A stretch of DNA of 57,116 nt, filler included, from Catajapyx aquilonaris (Eukaryota), in assembly GCA_000934665.2 (NCBI GenBank). It is 2 parts of 2 records of this genome, joined end to end, with 100 filler letters (N's around TTAATTAATTAA, not from the genome) between each part and the next. Parts side by side here need not be neighbours in the genome. Positions count along the whole stretch, not along the records: positions 28,556 to 57,116 come from KZ539249.1; 1 more part is not named here. One strand, given 5' to 3'. This document shows, piece by piece, positions 55,545-57,116 of this stretch. The notes below the pieces were generated by a model, which ran no database searches, was not told where the DNA came from, and was given only the letters and a program-made list of their open reading frames with translations. A program made the position numbers and the translations under genes. Each line of letters begins with the position of its first letter. The first letter of the stretch is position 1.

Positions 55545-56972
55545 CCCAACAACGGCCGTGCTGCTGGACAGCAGCCCGTCACTCTCCCCTTCCTCCCCGC
55601 ACCCTTCCTCCTCCTCCTCCCCCACCCCCTGAGCTACGTCTATCTCTACCCGATCTATCTCCGACTCCAATTCCTCTGCCTCTTCACGAGTCTCCAGCAC
55701 CAAGTTCACCTTTTGGTAGGGCCAATGTTGTTGGGGGGAGTTGGCGCCACTGCAACGAGAGGTCGATGTCGGGAGGTGGACAGGATGTGGGAGAAATAAC
55801 AGGATGCCAAAGAACAAGAAAAAGAAGAGAGAATCCTGCTGGCAAACATGAGTCTCGCTCAATGTACGGTACAGTCTGTAACCTTATCACAGCCGGACCT
55901 CCAAGCGGAAGCACAAAAAGAGTAACGACGTGTCAAGTACCATGAAAATGACACACTTCGAGACCAAGATGTCACCAGCACATGCGCTTGCAAGCAAAGG
56001 TGCAGCATTAACTTCTAGTTCAATTTACACTTGGCAGCTGGCAAAAGTAATTGATCACACAGGTCACCATCCATTCATCAGGTTTCCTTAGCAACACTGT
56101 GTTGCCATTACCAGGTGGCAGATACGTAAACTTCCCTAAGCCATGATCATTACGTACGTTAGACCTGGAATCAGTTGCCAATATTTCAGCCTACCAGGAA
56201 GTCAATTCAGAATTTGCAATTTGTGTTGGCAGCCTGACATCTTATCTTTGGTGATATTGCTCCGTAAACTTTCCCTTTCCTGCTTTCTTTCCTGTTCTTG
56301 CCATTCATGGTTATGGATGACTCATCAGCCGTAATCTTCGGGAAGTCCCACTTCATGGATTTCCATTTAATACGAATATTTTTTTAAAAGCATGCTGTCT
56401 AGTCTACAACGGGATATGCCATTGCGAAAGCCTCACTGTTACATTTGTTCGCATAATTTGCATTAATTGGCATGGGTCAATCTGCACCCATGTGTACAGC
56501 AATAATAATTCTTTCCTAAGGTAAAAAGTATGCCAAAACACAACCTGAGCTTCTAACATCCCAAGCTGAGGAACACAATCGGCTGTTTAAGTGAAGCCAA
56601 ACTGCAAATGGTATGATGTACACTGTTTATCTATCGCATAATTACTGAGTTTAAGCCGGAACACGTTGTCAAATACTGGAAAGACGTATGCCAGGACCAA
56701 CTTCTGAATATAACTAGCATAGCAAAAGACATTTCGGGGCAAAATTTGTGTACAAAACCTGGCCATCGACGGTGATGATGCCGTATGGAGCGATCACATA
56801 TGACAAAACTGGGTCCTATAGGTCCCTATGCACTTACTGTTAGTTGAACAGTAAGTACCGCCGCGAACGCTGTATGTCGCGCCACCTAAACTAGATAATT
56901 ACCCATACTCTACATACATTATTGTCCAACAACATATCAGGAAGGTACTGATGATCTTATCGATTGTATGAA

Positions 56973-57039
56973 GGCGCATTCACACAGGCCGTCGACGAGA
57001 ACTACAACCAAAACCGTCGATGGCCTGTGTGAATGGGCC
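56973..57039. mobile_element. Miniature Harbinger-like MITE
   Basis: CATTCACACAGGCCGTCGACG / CGTCGATGGCCTGTGTGAATG. Shares CCAAAACCGTCGA with the 19504-19669 element. Confidence 0.6.
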
Positions 57040-57116
57040 TTGATAGTCAATCAACAATGTGCATTGTCAGTGCACTCAGTGCGCTTCTTCCTGGCATTTC
57101 ATGAATGACTTGCATC

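Overview
Eukaryotic genomic DNA with spliceosomal introns. The gene content (takeout/JHBP, REPTOR-BP) points to an insect or other pancrustacean. Seven host genes can be built with phase-consistent GT-AG introns: cytosolic hsc70 (-), two tandem takeout/JHBP-family genes (+), an OATP/SLCO transporter (-), PI31/PSMF1 (-), CREBL2/REPTOR-BP (-, 5' end unresolved) and a ZDHHC2/15/20-type palmitoyltransferase (-). Intergenic and intronic DNA is dense in fold-back MITEs, a tRNA-derived SINE, a mariner 3' end and Sola-like elements. The least explained part is bases 1-5.2 kb, a decayed, spliced, single-strand island of orphan coding sequence interrupted by a Sola-like transposon; it may be viral or giant-transposon cargo. 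Also notable are a three-level nested transposon stack and a perfect 4-unit heat-shock element carried by a MITE inside an hsc70 intron. An artificial 100-bp scaffold linker at 28456-28555 means adjacency across it is unproven. All family assignments are by motif recognition; no searches were run.
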